A program made the position numbers and the translations under genes. Positions 11,801 through 25,064 of a stretch of DNA of 60,130 bases are shown here, piece by piece (the first letter of the stretch is position 1; each line of letters opens with the position of its first letter). The DNA lies in IMG/VR virus record IMGVR_UViG_3300025108_000048, positions 1 through 60,130 of that record, one strand, 5' to 3'. This DNA comes from a virus (lineage: Duplodnaviria; Caudoviricetes). The notes beneath the pieces were generated by a model. It made no database searches. It was not told where the DNA came from and saw only the letters and a list, made by a program, of their open reading frames with translations.

Positions 11801-12669
11801 GTGGTAAAAATGAAGAAAATAGTCAGACTAACCCCGAAATATTATTTCCAACAACAATTATGGATTTAGGACCAAGAAACATGTTCATTAAGGAGATATG
11901 TGTAGACCCTGAATTAGATGTAAACTGTTCAGTATCTAAGAGTATTGGAAATACATCATACCAAGACATAAACGACCTAATGGAGTGGGTTATATCCTCT
12001 AAAGAGGTCAAAGAAAAGGGAAAACTAAAAGTACAAGATCTTTTTGATAAAAGGGGTAATGGGTCAATGGACGGAGATATTGTTCAATTATTAAATTTCA
12101 ACTCCCAACTTGGGATATACGGGTATGACGATGAGGACCCAGATAGTCCCTACTTCCCTGTTAATGGCGCTGAGTATTTTGATGGTGTTGGACCACTAAG
12201 TTTAAACTTTCGTTTTTCTGAAGATGATGAGGATACTGAAATTGTTGAAAAAGATGGTACGTTACTTAGAATATGTATAAACTCATCAGGTAATTTAACC
12301 GAAACAGCTCAGGATGTCCCATATTATAGGTGGGATAAAAAGGGTGACGGATTTGGTGGTGTCGGGACGACCAATACAGAATCCCAAGATTGGTCGAGAA
12401 ATACCATATACTCAACCAAATATCAGGGAGGGTGGACCTTTCCCGGTTTAATGGAAATAGACCCATATAACGATGCCGGTGGGGATCCAACAGACGAGAT
12501 AAATAGTCATTACTATGATGGTAGTATTTTACCACCATTTCGTGAGTGTAACGACGATAATTACATACCAGATGAAGTACCACTTGGTGGACCTTACCAC
12601 TTTTACTTCGGTTTAAGAACTGGTAAAAGTTCTTGGAATAAATTTATTAAAAACTTCGGTCCGTTATGA
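8824..12669 (+). CDS. large putative baseplate/tail structural protein
   Basis: 1281 aa within the structural module; N-terminal GVVCGRI..GVANARVSIF resembles a carboxypeptidase-regulatory-like beta sandwich. Confidence 0.6.
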   Translation: MMQKHRIRTEIGNNQKLTVELKQDYDLLEILSLKFSQKDAYTSLCADYGVVCGRISANQGFGVANARVSIFIPLDDVDEQDPVVSALYPYKLTQDTNTDGYKYNLFPKRKQHTGHTPTGTFPDQEDILTREEVLYVYEKYYKYTVKTNDAGDFMIWGVPVGKQTIHVDVDLSDMGCQSLVPYDFIYEGVSEEKFENNYSFRSSSDIGSLPQTLTFEESLEVYPFWGNEDLCEIGITRTDYDLSEQGIRIEPYSIMMGGTFTDSGKDSVRVRCNVDNQMGEKCALVTGEGDIEAIRFSGYYEENNDGTPNFERPILEAIQLDSQIDKEGNFFFRVPMNMGYRITNEFGELVETKDTQRGIPTRGTYRFRFSLQNDNGQKKQYRGKYLVPQVKEHQLSGEIHPNAYTFSDNLDDYPSDSHDDITGINNNGFANDMFYSFRYNRVYTVSSFINQYHNKSWGERVFPFFAKDRNESFIGIKEIQPSIEEDCSNNNEYFPITDAVRNHKFKFLITTILNFLERLYLIITQFAFDFIVEFIFDVSEILYNIKIPVVKYRPFKGTARKVSRFARQIQIATIRNLELINYPDCYECSKDPLTGSDGTPGGDTYEIVLINDDGDEVDFPSSTDSSTLESIVNASGLTAVNSNIVTNHPYDPNDGTSTGSPDYLDLTITGGHPDKNYIIKFIVEPEVGYTDPNTGDYIITSQAVYNYLFIGYGSDSPVNDSVTGRYDGLSYEIFTAYYDANNTDMSGTLPTSDPGTVLSAVGQFTIHTVYFYGEKQVNTTSNDLAESGCSKYDTIYDPDNDMSLRAFLNNAGGTNDYNYWVGVGSQGSAYPDIFIDTEDPCNYTPPSFDIVASISAWYKEAGKSGDPYTSRRCRIADGHAPDRETGIPAGTASGHSEFRDGVYTLIAAGGKNRAMILNYSRRKLLGKLMCGGITSYTFSNSWLNGSLYFFQFRRRKGGNNAKYCKDVIHREVDDTGVHYYYRSTPYDGTNFIGGKNEENSQTNPEILFPTTIMDLGPRNMFIKEICVDPELDVNCSVSKSIGNTSYQDINDLMEWVISSKEVKEKGKLKVQDLFDKRGNGSMDGDIVQLLNFNSQLGIYGYDDEDPDSPYFPVNGAEYFDGVGPLSLNFRFSEDDEDTEIVEKDGTLLRICINSSGNLTETAQDVPYYRWDKKGDGFGGVGTTNTESQDWSRNTIYSTKYQGGWTFPGLMEIDPYNDAGGDPTDEINSHYYDGSILPPFRECNDDNYIPDEVPLGGPYHFYFGLRTGKSSWNKFIKNFGPL

Positions 12670-14411
12670 TAAAAAAGAAAATTGTTGCACCAAGTAAACG
12701 TTATAAAAAGGCGGAATCTGAAGATTTAACTTTAAGAATAAATTTTGAAGAGGATAAGAGTTTATTAAGGGAGGGTGATAAAAATATAGTTTTAGACATT
12801 GCAGAACTTTATAGAAAGGAACGTAATGAAAGTACCAAATATAGAATTTATGGTAAAATGAATATGGTGTTTAGAAACACATATAGCGGAACCACCACAT
12901 ACGATCCTTTACGTAACAACCTTTATATTATAGGTGATGGTCTTGATGGGGATTTTACGGGACACTTACCATATAACGAATTTGCATTCATTAGAAACGA
13001 TTATGTTAGAGAAGTCTCTATTTCAACAGGTACTACAATGGGGACCTATGATCCCAACATATTTATAACAGGTGATACCACACATAGAGTGATAAATGAA
13101 ATAGACTCCGCATCTACAAATTGGAATGTGTTTTTATCATATGTCTATGATAAAGACTCAACACACCAAATGAAGTATACTTTGTCGGGAAATACGGAGT
13201 ATAGTTTTACGGCATCTAATGGAGTACCGTTTAGGGTAACGGAGTATCCGAACTACTACGAACTTACAAGTCCAATACCACATAATATGAAACAGGGGGA
13301 ATTCGTAATAGTTTCAGGAACTTCAATAAGTAGTGGTACCGAATTGGATAGAATATTCCCAATATCTTCAGTAGGTAATGAAATATTTGACTCTGAGAAA
13401 TATGTATTAATCATACAAAAGTCGGCACTATCTAATTCACAAACAATGAGTGGGGTGGTTTTCGGTAAAAGATGTATAGACAAATTAAGAATGTCGGGAA
13501 CAACATCTGAGTATTATGTTCATAAACACAAAATACTCACAAATACTGACGACTGTATAATAGATAGAACAGGTTTTGAAACACCTGTTTTTGAAATAGA
13601 AAGAAAATTACAGTTTGAAACCGCAGACAATAGAAATGATGTGTATACAGTACAGAATAGACCTGAAACGGTTCTATTTCATTTTAAAGATGAGATAGAC
13701 ATAAATGGTCTAATAAATAATTTAGGTTATACAATAACGGACCTTTATGTAACGAAAGTGTTTAAAAATGGTAATGGATATTTCCAATATCCCCCAAGAC
13801 ACGGTTATAAATTTCATTTCCATAATAATTGGGTGGATAATCATTTTGATACTTCATTTTCAGGGTCAGACTCAGGACTACAATCAACCAACTTTAGTAA
13901 TAGTGGTTTTACATTTACAAAAGGTACTGAACTTCAGAAAGATGACGAGATATTAGGTGCATTTGTGGAATACAATAAAGAAGATTTTAAAGAAACTATA
14001 TTGTCTGAGTCGTTTCATAAATACACAATTGATTTTAACATTTTTAATCACGGACAAATAGATCCAAGTGTCGGATCAACCGTAACAAATCCTTTAGGGT
14101 TATACTACCAACCTCACCAAAGGGTTAAATTAAGAGAATTATCACCATACGTGGAGACCGCAAATACGGATCAAATATATGGACTACCTGAGAACTCTGT
14201 TTACGATGAATATAGGGTTTTATGGAAATGGAGAGATTTATATGACCATGGTTATATTGATCCCGATGGGTTTGGAACAAACCACCCATTTACAAATGGA
14301 CAACATTACGTCAAATCTGACATAAACTTTTACCTTAGAAATGAGGAGACCTTCATGAATAAAAGTGATGGTTTAACTAATTTCAGTGAGGATAACGATG
14401 GAATATGTTAG
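12666..14411 (+). CDS. putative structural protein
   Basis: 581 aa, ATGA overlap with the upstream gene, rich in [ST]GxT. Confidence 0.6.
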   Translation: MIKKKIVAPSKRYKKAESEDLTLRINFEEDKSLLREGDKNIVLDIAELYRKERNESTKYRIYGKMNMVFRNTYSGTTTYDPLRNNLYIIGDGLDGDFTGHLPYNEFAFIRNDYVREVSISTGTTMGTYDPNIFITGDTTHRVINEIDSASTNWNVFLSYVYDKDSTHQMKYTLSGNTEYSFTASNGVPFRVTEYPNYYELTSPIPHNMKQGEFVIVSGTSISSGTELDRIFPISSVGNEIFDSEKYVLIIQKSALSNSQTMSGVVFGKRCIDKLRMSGTTSEYYVHKHKILTNTDDCIIDRTGFETPVFEIERKLQFETADNRNDVYTVQNRPETVLFHFKDEIDINGLINNLGYTITDLYVTKVFKNGNGYFQYPPRHGYKFHFHNNWVDNHFDTSFSGSDSGLQSTNFSNSGFTFTKGTELQKDDEILGAFVEYNKEDFKETILSESFHKYTIDFNIFNHGQIDPSVGSTVTNPLGLYYQPHQRVKLRELSPYVETANTDQIYGLPENSVYDEYRVLWKWRDLYDHGYIDPDGFGTNHPFTNGQHYVKSDINFYLRNEETFMNKSDGLTNFSEDNDGIC

Positions 14412-15380
14412 ATGAAAATTAGATTTAATCAAAATAATAAGAACTTATTAATCAATAAGGAACAAAACTTTAAAACTGATGCTGGATGGGATGAGAATTT
14501 TCAGTCATATGAGGATGAGGTTTTAAAAGACATTATAAATCCTGTTGAGAACTACGAAACTAATAGGTATGTTCATAAACCTTACGTTTCTACAATAGGT
14601 CAAGCACCTGGTTCAGGAGACACGTCAGCTCCTGACGGTAGTAATGATTCCGCATTTTCAACATCATTATTTACAACTACTGTTAGTTCCGTAGAACAAA
14701 CCGATATATGGTTTTACTTTTATTTTAAAAACCCATCAAATGTCTACACATTGGATTACAATAATGTGGGCATTACCCAAACAGATAAATTAATGGCTAA
14801 CTTAAAATATAGTTTTTTTAGGTTAGAGTTTTATAAAACCCCCAATAACGAACCACCTAACAGATCTAATAGGAGATTGGTTTTTGCAAAAAATTTAGCA
14901 CCCGCGGTTGGAGAAAGAGCAACCTTTGAAAATAAGTTCGAGAAAATATATGTACCTGTATTTTTTGGTTCAAGTATGAGAAACAAAGAGAATATGTATC
15001 TTTTTTGGTTCCATGACGATACTGTTTTAGAAGAGACAGAACTTACGGGAACTACTTTCTTTATGACCGCAAAGTTTTACAATTCTTTTGATGGTAGTAA
15101 GGTACCATTTGCAAATAAAGAAATAACAGACACTTCGAACATTGTAGAAGAAGAAGATCTATACTTCCAAGTAGAGATGGACAGGACCAACACACCCACA
15201 TACCATTACACTATTTCAGAGTACGACGGAACCTCATCACCTTACACTTCGAATAGAAAAGGTATGAGTGGAGACCCCATAAAGTTTTATGAGATCCCTA
15301 CACCAACTGTAGATAGTAGTGACCCATTAGCACCTACAACACCGGTAGGACCTGCAGACCCTAATACTTCAACTGATTAA
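14412..15380 (+). CDS. putative structural protein
   Basis: 322-aa ORF abutting its neighbours in the baseplate operon. Confidence 0.6.
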   Translation: MKIRFNQNNKNLLINKEQNFKTDAGWDENFQSYEDEVLKDIINPVENYETNRYVHKPYVSTIGQAPGSGDTSAPDGSNDSAFSTSLFTTTVSSVEQTDIWFYFYFKNPSNVYTLDYNNVGITQTDKLMANLKYSFFRLEFYKTPNNEPPNRSNRRLVFAKNLAPAVGERATFENKFEKIYVPVFFGSSMRNKENMYLFWFHDDTVLEETELTGTTFFMTAKFYNSFDGSKVPFANKEITDTSNIVEEEDLYFQVEMDRTNTPTYHYTISEYDGTSSPYTSNRKGMSGDPIKFYEIPTPTVDSSDPLAPTTPVGPADPNTSTD

Positions 15381-16301
15381 ATGATGAACAAAAATTATTA
15401 TAAAATATTAAGATCAATTACGGGTACTACATATCACTTACCAATATACTTGGATAGTAAAGGTTATGAGATGGGCGGAATGGTTGGATTTGAAGGGGAC
15501 ATTGAACAGGTCGAACAAATAACAAATTTTAATTACCAACATACCAGTGGAAACACAATTAGGTTGTATAACTCAGTCAATAGGGACGCGTTAAGGATAA
15601 TTAAAAACGAAGATTTTTCTATTGATTGGGGTGACGGTACTGTAGACACTATTGGTGTGGGTATGGGTAATAATTTAGAATTTAAACAACATACATTTCC
15701 TTCTTCAGGTACTTATAATGTGTCTATTGGTTTAAGTAATAATTGGGCTCAGAAAAAAATAACTAAAAAAATTACAGTACCTAAAAACACAACAGTAACT
15801 AACCCTAATGGGTCATTTGGTCCGTTCACGTTACCATATACTACGGGAGTTACAATCACCCAAAACTATATAAACGACTTAGATTATGTCGAGAAAGACT
15901 CAGACGGTCCAATATATTTTGCGGCTAAAGGGAGAAGTAGAATAAGTGAATTAAAGAGATACGGTGAAAGTACTTACCAAGGTACAACAATAGGTACAGA
16001 TGGTGTAGGTAGTTATACGGGGTATACAATAGATAATTTATCATATAAAGATTATGATGATGGAATAACAACAATAACGGGGACAACAAGTGATTATGAA
16101 AAAGAAGAGGTTTTTAATGAGATGTTAACAAGGAACGAACATTTCATTGGTTTTATTGACGAACCAACCATTTTTTCTGATGTATTTGTTGAAAGGGGTA
16201 AGCAAGGAGTCTTAGAAATGAACCTAAGATTAGGAGAAATCGACAACGTAGGTGAAATAGATATCTACGGAAATGGATTTTTCCAAGTTAAAAAACAATA
16301 G
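15381..16301 (+). CDS. putative structural protein with PKD-like domain
   Basis: FSIDWGDGT...QHTFPSSGTYNVSI matches the PKD pattern. Confidence 0.65.
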   Translation: MMNKNYYKILRSITGTTYHLPIYLDSKGYEMGGMVGFEGDIEQVEQITNFNYQHTSGNTIRLYNSVNRDALRIIKNEDFSIDWGDGTVDTIGVGMGNNLEFKQHTFPSSGTYNVSIGLSNNWAQKKITKKITVPKNTTVTNPNGSFGPFTLPYTTGVTITQNYINDLDYVEKDSDGPIYFAAKGRSRISELKRYGESTYQGTTIGTDGVGSYTGYTIDNLSYKDYDDGITTITGTTSDYEKEEVFNEMLTRNEHFIGFIDEPTIFSDVFVERGKQGVLEMNLRLGEIDNVGEIDIYGNGFFQVKKQ

Positions 16302-16326
16302 AATAATATTTATTAATTAAAAGGAT

Positions 16327-17241
16327 ATGGCAGTAGGTAGTTATGGAACAGTAAGACCGGCAGATGTGTCACCATCAGACGTAGAAATTTTCTATCATTA
16401 CGTCTCGGGGAGAACGTCGTCCGCACCTGTACAATTTAAAAAATTAAATTCAGAAGATATATTAACACCTATCTATCACAATTCAGATACGACGGATGCA
16501 CCGAACGCACCTGATACGGAAATTTTAGGTGGACTATACAATCTAAAGTTAGATACGGCGGACTTCGATGAATTAGGTATATATACCTTACATCTTAGAC
16601 CTAAACAAATAAGAACCTCTATAACCGACTGTGGGGTGTTAGCGGCACTACCATCTGTAAGAGGAATTATAATAGATTTAAGTAATGTGCCGTCAACAGA
16701 TAGAAATAAATTCAACCCTCAAGGGTTAGTTGGATACAGAATAGAGTATTTGAATAACGATGGAAGTAAAACCCCTAACTTTTACAGGGTTGTTACATCT
16801 TCATTCTACTGTACTCCAATTACGTCAAACCTGACAAGTACAACTCAAAAGGCAATAAGATATCAATATACAGATCAAGCGACTAATTTGTTGTTTTTAA
16901 CGGTAACTCCGTCATCTGCACCATCTAATAGACCGAATACAGTTCCTTTTATTGGGGAACCGTCTCAAAACATAGTTTTATCAAATACATTTTTTAACCC
17001 AACAACGATTGAGGTTGATATGGTAGAACACGATGAGACAACATTGGCTTACGCATTCTACGGTAACCAAACAAAATCTATTTCTGATGGAATATACACG
17101 ATATACACTGCGGAAAACAATATCTACAAACAATTTAACTTGTTTGAGGTGAGAGATGAGTTCAACGAAACACTTTACGAGGTTAGAGAAGAGAGGGACG
17201 AAATCGATGAAACTAAAAACTTTGATGATATCACTGAATAA
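16327..17241 (+). CDS. putative structural protein
   Basis: 304 aa, preceded by the TATTTAT motif, stop overlaps the next start (TAATG). Confidence 0.6.
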   Translation: MAVGSYGTVRPADVSPSDVEIFYHYVSGRTSSAPVQFKKLNSEDILTPIYHNSDTTDAPNAPDTEILGGLYNLKLDTADFDELGIYTLHLRPKQIRTSITDCGVLAALPSVRGIIIDLSNVPSTDRNKFNPQGLVGYRIEYLNNDGSKTPNFYRVVTSSFYCTPITSNLTSTTQKAIRYQYTDQATNLLFLTVTPSSAPSNRPNTVPFIGEPSQNIVLSNTFFNPTTIEVDMVEHDETTLAYAFYGNQTKSISDGIYTIYTAENNIYKQFNLFEVRDEFNETLYEVREERDEIDETKNFDDITE

Positions 17242-20200
17242 TGGCGAAAAGAAAAGTTCCAAGTCAATCTGCGAGTGGAGGGGATACCTTTAATGACAAC
17301 TTAGTTGGTAATCAAATTACCAATGGGTCAAGTCAGTTGACTGCCACAAACTTTTCAATAGATAAGACAATACCACAAAGAGATACTAAGAGTTTTACAT
17401 CCGTACCTTTTTCTGATTTTTTAACAATTGAAGATCTTAAAGAAGAAACTAATGCGCCTAAAACAAAATCAGATAGATCCGTAAAGAAAGAAGGTAAAGT
17501 AAAGTTCAGAGAGAACAAAGACGCGGGTTCTAAGACACTATTTGGATCTTTAAGTAAAAGACTATCATCTTCAGTTAATAATATAGTAGAACAGTTCCCT
17601 GCGGGTTTCTTTATTGACAAAGATACTCCTATATCATTTTCACAATACACTGCGGAGAATATTACTTACGATCTTAAGGCAAGAACAACAACTTTTAAGT
17701 TTGAAAGATCAAAAATATTCAATCCATTAGACGTAGTACTTGAAAAACCTTTAAGTAATGTAAGTCCTGATGTTAATAACGAATTTAAAAACTTCTTTGA
17801 GAATTATTCTAAGTACTCCCTTATTATTGATGAGGTTGAGTATGAGATATTAACATATACAAAGGCGGGTAACGACGGACTTATTACGTTAAAAGTTAAA
17901 GGAAAACCTTTTATTGGTGACACATACAGTGAGAGTTTCTTAATTAGACCAATTAATCAGACAGTAGAAGAGTTTTTCGGAAGTTTAGATGAGTTAGAAA
18001 GTTTAATATTAGATAGAGAATCTACACCTAAGTACACCGCTGAGTTTAAACTACCAAAAGATTCCTTAGATGGTTCTAAAACAGAAACTACAACAACTAA
18101 AATTAGTTGGCCATTATTCAAAGATGGTTGGAACATAAAGATCGGTGGTACTGAATATATTGGATACTTAGAAAGTTTAAAATCTATAGGTGATGAAGTC
18201 GATCAATACAAGTCTAACTTAATATCAAGATTTTTAACAACAGCATCACTAAATGAATTCGATACTGAAGATCAAAGAATGTCTTCGATGTTTCAGATTT
18301 ATGGTAGTGGTTTTGATTCTGTAAAGAAATTCATAGACAACATAGCATACATGAGAAATGTAAGTTATGATAAGATTAATAACATTCCCGATGTATTATT
18401 AAAGAATCTCTCAAACACACTTGGATTAGATTCTGTAAACCTATTTGATGAGAAATCATTGGACGATACACTTTATTCAAGAGTGGATAGTCAGTTCGAA
18501 GGTAATAACCTTGGAATGAATATGGTTGAAGCGGAGGCGGAATTCTATAGAAGATTAGTCATTAATCTTGTAAGAATATATAAATCTAAAGGTACAAGAA
18601 AATCTATTGAGTTCTTTTTAAGGTTTATTGGTGCACCTGAACCATTAATAAAAATTAACGAACATGTATACAAATATGACGATGTTAAGAAGGTTTCTTC
18701 AGACATCGATGATGACATTTATGATTTAACTCAATTAGAAAAAACGTTCACTGTTGGTCAGATAGACCTTGAGGACAAAACACATTCTTTCATATACCAA
18801 GGAATAACAACAACGGGTACCACAACATACCAAGTAGATGAATACCCAATAGTATTAACGGGTGTAACAAAATACGGGGATGTACAAAAAATTGTAAGTG
18901 AGAATAATGACGTATTCTTTCAAAAAGGTTCAGGTTGGTATGAGATATCCTTACAACATAGGTCATCGACCGAATTAGATGTTGAGAATTCCAACTTGCT
19001 GTCTAATCCTAAGATTATAAAAACAAAAAATAAGGACTACACTTATGGTGAGGACTATTTTGATTTATATAGGCAATTTTACGGATTAGATTACGGACAC
19101 GAATTACACAATACGATTGATAACGAAAAGACAGAGTTACTGTCGGATGTAGACTCAAAAACTTTAAATAGAAAAAACATACAAATCTACTTGTCATCTG
19201 CACAAGGTATTGATTATGATGTGTATAAAAAGTCTAGAGATTTAGAGGTAAGTTTTGGATTAAAAACTCTCCAACCACAAACAGGTTTTACGTTTGCGGA
19301 ATACATGGATAATGTATTAAACGAACAAATACGTAATTCACATGTCGTTAAGTATCAAAAATCATACATTCAATTAGAGGATGTGTATTGGGGGTATTTA
19401 GAAAAGGTAGGGACACCATATAGTTTCCCAACGGTTAATGAATTCATAAACAGAATGAGTCCACATTGGGTGGAGATTGTGGAACAGTTTGTTCCAGCAA
19501 CAACCCTATGGACGGGTGGTAATATTTTAGAAAATAGTCGTATTGGGAGATCTAAACACGATTATTTAAAACCATGTACCATTGAACAAGTTGAAGATAA
19601 TCTATTTCCTAAATTAGGTTTTGAACATTCTATAGAGGAAGATTTAGAAGTTTACTTTTTAGGGGATAAAGACTTATTTAGAGGATTAACGGTAGTAAGT
19701 GGGGTAACTTATGTATTAAAGATAGTTTTAATGGGTGAGGTGTATACCGCATCTTCTCCGATTACACTTACTGGTGGTCAACTATTCGATCCATTCGTAT
19801 CTACTTCTGATTGTACAACAATTAATGAGGTTGTTTTTGATAGTGGGGAGACTTTTGACGGATCAAAACATTTACCCTTATTATGTGATTTTAAGTGTAA
19901 TTTAAATCCTGACAGAGATGTATTAGATCCATTATGGATTAATGCGGTCGATAGTATATTTTCTCAAATAAATGAAAAATACTTCACCAAAACAGCGTAC
20001 ACAGGTTATGACACAATTAGTAACCATGCCGGTGGTGAAGGATATGAAAGAATAACGGGTAACACAGAAACAAGTGATGAAAATCAAAACATAGAGGGTG
20101 GATTTAATTCTGAACTATCAACCAACGGAGAAAACTACGGATATGAAAATGTCCCTATAGTTTCTCATGAGATTTTTACTGATAGTGATGGTATTGAAAA

Positions 20201-23200
20201 AATAAGAATTACACCATTCACGTATGATACACAATTGTATGTCTCAAACCCTGGTGATCCATACGGTGACGCATACATACCCGCGGATTTAGATTGTTTA
20301 GATTTAAGTACGTTCGATTTTTATTGGGAGTCAACATATCTAACGGGAACTACGGAATGTGACCCTAAGGTTAAAGTTTACGGACCAAATACTTTCTATA
20401 CATTACCTGAAGATGAGGACGATTGTATCCTAATGGAGGATGTCTATTTCGAAGTGTCGGGTGTTACATTTGGTAATGAAGATACTATAGATGATGGAGA
20501 TCCATGTACTGATTGTCCACCATATAATACATCTTGGCCGTTAAACATATTCATAGATTGTGTTGGTGGGTATAATGAATCAATTAGTGGACATACGTAC
20601 ACAGTTGATCATATTTCAGGATGTACGTTTGTTGTTAATAATGTTAGAGAAAATGATGTCATTGACATCTCAATAACAGATGCGGCAAATTGCGATCAAA
20701 AAATAAGAATAGAGGGATTACAACAAAAGTTTGAATGGGACCCTGTAGATGGTGACGATGTTACTACATCAAGAAGTCATTATTTAGAATACTCATTTGA
20801 TACTTACGCTGATGGGGATAACCCTGATAGTAGTGAACCTCTTAATAGTCAATCTGGTATTACTTTCTGTGATAATTATTCAGGATATACTATACAACCT
20901 ATTGTACAATATAGACCTACGTTTGATTATGGTCTGAGACAAAACACTAAAGTTATAAAAGTAAATAATGGTGTTATACTTGACGAAAATACAACTTGGG
21001 ATCAAATACAAACCTATTTAGATGATAATACTTTAGAAAAAATAAACATTGAAAATGTTGTAATAGGTGATCAACTACTTTCAGGGGTATATAAAGATTG
21101 TCCTTTCTCATCTCAAGATTATAACGATGCGGTTATTAGTGGTTATTCGTTCTCTTATGATTATAAGGTCGTAACAGTTGAAAATAAAGACTGTTTAGGT
21201 TCTACTAAAATTAACAAGATAAATGAAAGATTTAGTTTTTTACCTAATACTAGATTATGGGTAATGACTAAAACAATGGAAGATGGAAGTCAGGGGGATA
21301 ATTGGAGATTTATTGAAAAGTATCCTGAAGAATTATATCCAAGACCTGATGATCCTACAGATCCTTGTTGTACTTATCAAGTTGGTTACTACGAAAGGGG
21401 AGACTTTATTTTTAACGAACACGGTTTTCCTATTGAAGTACTCAAGGTCGATTTAGACTACTGCGCAAGAGATTTGTTCTACCATTTAAATGTCACACAG
21501 AAAACAGATGCTAACGTTAGTTGTACTGAAGTAATATTATTTAATGGTGATTCTGAGGACTGTATATTAGTTGGACATGACGAACAGAAGTTCGAAAACA
21601 TGGACATGAAAATGCAACAATACTTCCAAGACAAGTTAGATTGTTCTGACATGCCGGACATAGATGACATTGAGAGGGATTTAACAGGATTAGATGATTG
21701 TAACACATTAAATGCGTTTAAAATTAAACACTTTGACACTGGGGAGATAAGATATACCGAAATAAACGATGACTTTGATATAGGAGATACGGTAAATATT
21801 GAATTTATTTACAGTGGTTCTTACAACGAAGAAATTAACTCAATTCAGAAACTATCACCGGGACAAAATTGTTGGGTTGTAATCTCTAAAGTTTATGCTA
21901 ATGTCATTGAATATTTGGCATCGGGCCCATGTGATGATGTTAGACGACCAGGTCCAAGCGCTACCCCAACTAACACACCAACACCAACACCTACAAGTAC
22001 TCCAACGAGCACACCTACAAGTACCCCAACTCCAACACCAACGAGCACACCTACGAGTACACCAACATCAACACCAACGAGTACACCAACAAGTACTCCT
22101 ACCCCAACACCTACAAGTACACCAACGAGCACTCCGACTAGCACTCCGACTAGCACTCCGACTAGTACTCCTACATCAACACCTACAAGTACTCCTACAC
22201 CCACACCTTCACCTACACCAAATTGTGACTTTGACATAGATATTGATGTCGTAACCCCTACACCAACACCTACAGAAAGTAGTACTCCTACACCCACACC
22301 TACACCAAATTGTGATTTCGATATTGATGTTGATGTTGTTACCCCTACTCCTACACCAACACCTTCACCCACACCAAATTGTGACTTTGATGTGGACATT
22401 GATTTAATAACTCCAACCCCAACACCCACTCCAAGTCCAACACCAGATTGTGACTTTGATATAGATATTGATGTAGTAACTCCAACACCTACAGAAAGTA
22501 GTACTCCTACACCAACGCCAACTCCAACTCCGAACTGTGATTTCGATATTGATGTAGACTTAATAACTCCTACACCTACCCCAAGCCCAACAGGTAGCCC
22601 AACCCCAACTCCAACTATTGATTGTGACTTTGACATAGATATTGATGTCGTAACCCCAACACCTACTCCAAGCCCAACAGGTAGCCCAACCCCTACACCT
22701 ACACCAGATTGTGATTTTGATATAGACGTTGATTTAGTTACTCCTACACCTAGCCCAACAAGTAGTCCAACACCTTCACCAACACCTACGATAGACTGTG
22801 ATTTCGATATTGATGTGGATTTAGTTACACCTACACCAACTCCTACACCAACAAGTAGTCCATCACCTACCCCAACACCAGATTGTGATTTTGATATAGA
22901 CGTTGATTTAGTTACTCCTACCCCAACAAGTACTAATATACCACCCACATCAACACCAACCCCTACACCTACACCAGATTGTGATTTCGATATTGATGTA
23001 GATTTAATAACTCCAACGCCTACCCCTACGGAAAGTAGTATTCCATCACCAACCCCTACACCTACACCAGATTGTGACTTTGATATAGACGTTGATGTCG
23101 TAACCCCTACACCAACACCAACAAGTAGTCCATCACCCACCCCAACAAACACACCAACTCCAACTCCGAACTGTGATTTCGATATTGATGTGGATTTAGT

Positions 23201-25046
23201 TACTCCTACACCTTCACCAACAAGTAGTCCTACACCAAGTCCTACCAACACTCCTACACCTTCACCAACGCCGAATTGTGATTTTGATATAGATGTGGAT
23301 TTGGTAACTCCAACACCAACACCTAGCCCAACAAGTAGTTCAACTCCAACACCTACAGAAAGTAGTACTCCTACACCCACCCCAACACCTAATTGTGATT
23401 TTGACATAGATGTGGATTTGGTTACTCCTACCCCAACACCTTCACCAAGCCCAACTAATACACCTACTAATACCCCAACTCCAAGTCCAACACCTAATTG
23501 TGATTTCGATATTGATGTTGATGTAGTTACACCAACCCCTACCCCAAGTCCAACGAGTACTCCGACTAACACGCCAACACCAAGTCCAACGAGTACTCCG
23601 ACTAATACGCCTACACCAAGTCCAACCCCTAACTGTGATTTTGACATAGATGTGGATTTGGTAACTCCAACACCAACAAGTACTCCAACTAACACACCAA
23701 CACCAACAAGTACTAACACACCTACACCAAGTCCTACTAACACACCTACACCTTCACCAACGCCGAATTGTGACTTTGATATTGATGTGGATGTCGTAAC
23801 ACCTACTCCTACACCTAGCCCAACAAGTACTAACACACCTACACCAAGTCCTACTAATACGCCTACACCAAGTCCAACCCCTAACTGTGATTTCGATATT
23901 GATATTGACGTGGTAACCCCTACACCAACACCTACTAACACACCAACACCAAGTCCAACTAATACCCCAACACCTTCACCAACAAGTAGTCCTACACCAA
24001 GTCCAACTAATACACCCACACCTACCCCTACACCGAATTGTGATTTCGATATAGACATTGATGTGGTAACCCCAACACCTACACCAAGTCCGAGTCCAAC
24101 CAACACACCAACACCTAGCCCAACTAACACACCTACACCTACACCTACACCGAATTGTGATTTTGATATTGATGTTGATGTAGTAACACCTACACCAACC
24201 CCGACAACTAGTCCTACACCTACACCAACAAGTAGCCCTACCCCTACACCAACAAGTAGTCCAACACCAAGCCCAACTAATACACCTACACCAACACCTA
24301 CACCTAACTGTGATTTCGACGTAGACGTTGATGTAGTTACACCAACTCCTACACCAAGCCCAACAAGTACTCCTACACCTACACCAAGTCCGAGTCCAAC
24401 TAACACACCAACGCCAAGTCCGACAAGTACCCCAACCAACACACCTACACCAAGCCCTACTAGTACTCCAACACCAACACCTACACCTAACTGTGATTTC
24501 GACGTAGACGTTGATGTGGTAACACCTACACCAACACCTACTCCAAGCCCAACACCTTCACCAACTCCATCACCCACACCAATAGATTGTCCTGCACCAT
24601 GTACGACAACAATAAACTCAGATCTATTCCAAACTTGGAACACTAACTTGGTTGGGTCCAACTTTAAAGAATTGGGTGGATATTGTAATGAAGTGAGAAA
24701 TAAGAGTGGTAATGTAGTATCAACGAATAGTGAAGAATGGACTTACGATACAAACACATGTATTGTTTACGTTTACTATGAAGGTAGTACTATGAGAAGG
24801 AGTTGTATTGGGGAGCATACATCACCCGTAGGGACTGAAGTAAGTTCTTTTGACCATACAGATGGTACCCTTACACCAACAGGTTCAAATAGGTTATTTG
24901 ATACTGATATAAGATTTATAGATAATGATAACAATGCAATAATAATAGTAACCGAGTGGGATTCCACATTAACATCATTATTACATGTTCACATTTTATG
25001 TGACTGTAGTTTTGAGGGGGATGTTACCGTTCATAATTTGAAATAA
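17241..25046 (+). CDS. giant baseplate-associated protein with a Pro/Thr-linked repeat array
   Basis: 2601 aa; [19 protein letters not shown] resembles the P2 gpI / T4 gp7-type baseplate motif; Cys-rich middle; 22 CDFDxDxD motifs near the C-terminus. Confidence 0.75.
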   Translation: MAKRKVPSQSASGGDTFNDNLVGNQITNGSSQLTATNFSIDKTIPQRDTKSFTSVPFSDFLTIEDLKEETNAPKTKSDRSVKKEGKVKFRENKDAGSKTLFGSLSKRLSSSVNNIVEQFPAGFFIDKDTPISFSQYTAENITYDLKARTTTFKFERSKIFNPLDVVLEKPLSNVSPDVNNEFKNFFENYSKYSLIIDEVEYEILTYTKAGNDGLITLKVKGKPFIGDTYSESFLIRPINQTVEEFFGSLDELESLILDRESTPKYTAEFKLPKDSLDGSKTETTTTKISWPLFKDGWNIKIGGTEYIGYLESLKSIGDEVDQYKSNLISRFLTTASLNEFDTEDQRMSSMFQIYGSGFDSVKKFIDNIAYMRNVSYDKINNIPDVLLKNLSNTLGLDSVNLFDEKSLDDTLYSRVDSQFEGNNLGMNMVEAEAEFYRRLVINLVRIYKSKGTRKSIEFFLRFIGAPEPLIKINEHVYKYDDVKKVSSDIDDDIYDLTQLEKTFTVGQIDLEDKTHSFIYQGITTTGTTTYQVDEYPIVLTGVTKYGDVQKIVSENNDVFFQKGSGWYEISLQHRSSTELDVENSNLLSNPKIIKTKNKDYTYGEDYFDLYRQFYGLDYGHELHNTIDNEKTELLSDVDSKTLNRKNIQIYLSSAQGIDYDVYKKSRDLEVSFGLKTLQPQTGFTFAEYMDNVLNEQIRNSHVVKYQKSYIQLEDVYWGYLEKVGTPYSFPTVNEFINRMSPHWVEIVEQFVPATTLWTGGNILENSRIGRSKHDYLKPCTIEQVEDNLFPKLGFEHSIEEDLEVYFLGDKDLFRGLTVVSGVTYVLKIVLMGEVYTASSPITLTGGQLFDPFVSTSDCTTINEVVFDSGETFDGSKHLPLLCDFKCNLNPDRDVLDPLWINAVDSIFSQINEKYFTKTAYTGYDTISNHAGGEGYERITGNTETSDENQNIEGGFNSELSTNGENYGYENVPIVSHEIFTDSDGIEKIRITPFTYDTQLYVSNPGDPYGDAYIPADLDCLDLSTFDFYWESTYLTGTTECDPKVKVYGPNTFYTLPEDEDDCILMEDVYFEVSGVTFGNEDTIDDGDPCTDCPPYNTSWPLNIFIDCVGGYNESISGHTYTVDHISGCTFVVNNVRENDVIDISITDAANCDQKIRIEGLQQKFEWDPVDGDDVTTSRSHYLEYSFDTYADGDNPDSSEPLNSQSGITFCDNYSGYTIQPIVQYRPTFDYGLRQNTKVIKVNNGVILDENTTWDQIQTYLDDNTLEKINIENVVIGDQLLSGVYKDCPFSSQDYNDAVISGYSFSYDYKVVTVENKDCLGSTKINKINERFSFLPNTRLWVMTKTMEDGSQGDNWRFIEKYPEELYPRPDDPTDPCCTYQVGYYERGDFIFNEHGFPIEVLKVDLDYCARDLFYHLNVTQKTDANVSCTEVILFNGDSEDCILVGHDEQKFENMDMKMQQYFQDKLDCSDMPDIDDIERDLTGLDDCNTLNAFKIKHFDTGEIRYTEINDDFDIGDTVNIEFIYSGSYNEEINSIQKLSPGQNCWVVISKVYANVIEYLASGPCDDVRRPGPSATPTNTPTPTPTSTPTSTPTSTPTPTPTSTPTSTPTSTPTSTPTSTPTPTPTSTPTSTPTSTPTSTPTSTPTSTPTSTPTPTPSPTPNCDFDIDIDVVTPTPTPTESSTPTPTPTPNCDFDIDVDVVTPTPTPTPSPTPNCDFDVDIDLITPTPTPTPSPTPDCDFDIDIDVVTPTPTESSTPTPTPTPTPNCDFDIDVDLITPTPTPSPTGSPTPTPTIDCDFDIDIDVVTPTPTPSPTGSPTPTPTPDCDFDIDVDLVTPTPSPTSSPTPSPTPTIDCDFDIDVDLVTPTPTPTPTSSPSPTPTPDCDFDIDVDLVTPTPTSTNIPPTSTPTPTPTPDCDFDIDVDLITPTPTPTESSIPSPTPTPTPDCDFDIDVDVVTPTPTPTSSPSPTPTNTPTPTPNCDFDIDVDLVTPTPSPTSSPTPSPTNTPTPSPTPNCDFDIDVDLVTPTPTPSPTSSSTPTPTESSTPTPTPTPNCDFDIDVDLVTPTPTPSPSPTNTPTNTPTPSPTPNCDFDIDVDVVTPTPTPSPTSTPTNTPTPSPTSTPTNTPTPSPTPNCDFDIDVDLVTPTPTSTPTNTPTPTSTNTPTPSPTNTPTPSPTPNCDFDIDVDVVTPTPTPSPTSTNTPTPSPTNTPTPSPTPNCDFDIDIDVVTPTPTPTNTPTPSPTNTPTPSPTSSPTPSPTNTPTPTPTPNCDFDIDIDVVTPTPTPSPSPTNTPTPSPTNTPTPTPTPNCDFDIDVDVVTPTPTPTTSPTPTPTSSPTPTPTSSPTPSPTNTPTPTPTPNCDFDVDVDVVTPTPTPSPTSTPTPTPSPSPTNTPTPSPTSTPTNTPTPSPTSTPTPTPTPNCDFDVDVDVVTPTPTPTPSPTPSPTPSPTPIDCPAPCTTTINSDLFQTWNTNLVGSNFKELGGYCNEVRNKSGNVVSTNSEEWTYDTNTCIVYVYYEGSTMRRSCIGEHTSPVGTEVSSFDHTDGTLTPTGSNRLFDTDIRFIDNDNNAIIIVTEWDSTLTSLLHVHILCDCSFEGDVTVHNLK
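21950..24580 (+). repeat. coding repeat array: 22 x [ND]CDFD[IV]D[IV]D[VL][VI] separated by (PT/PS/NT)n linkers
   Basis: Counted directly in the translation; units are synonymously diverged at the DNA level. Confidence 0.95.
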
Positions 25047-25064
25047 AAAGTATATATTTTAATA

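Noticed and set aside
22221-24520. Repeat-spacer appearance resembling a CRISPR array
   Set aside because: The repeats vary at synonymous positions, stay in frame, and the spacers are low-complexity PT codons; no cas genes are present
21893-24661. 922-aa minus-strand ORF (GV-rich) and similar antisense or alternate-frame ORFs at 25133, 25285, 33422, 36174, 36519, 36523 and 52722
   Set aside because: These are shadows of the Pro/Thr codon repeats (CCN/ACN), which lack stops in other frames; there is no independent evidence they are genes
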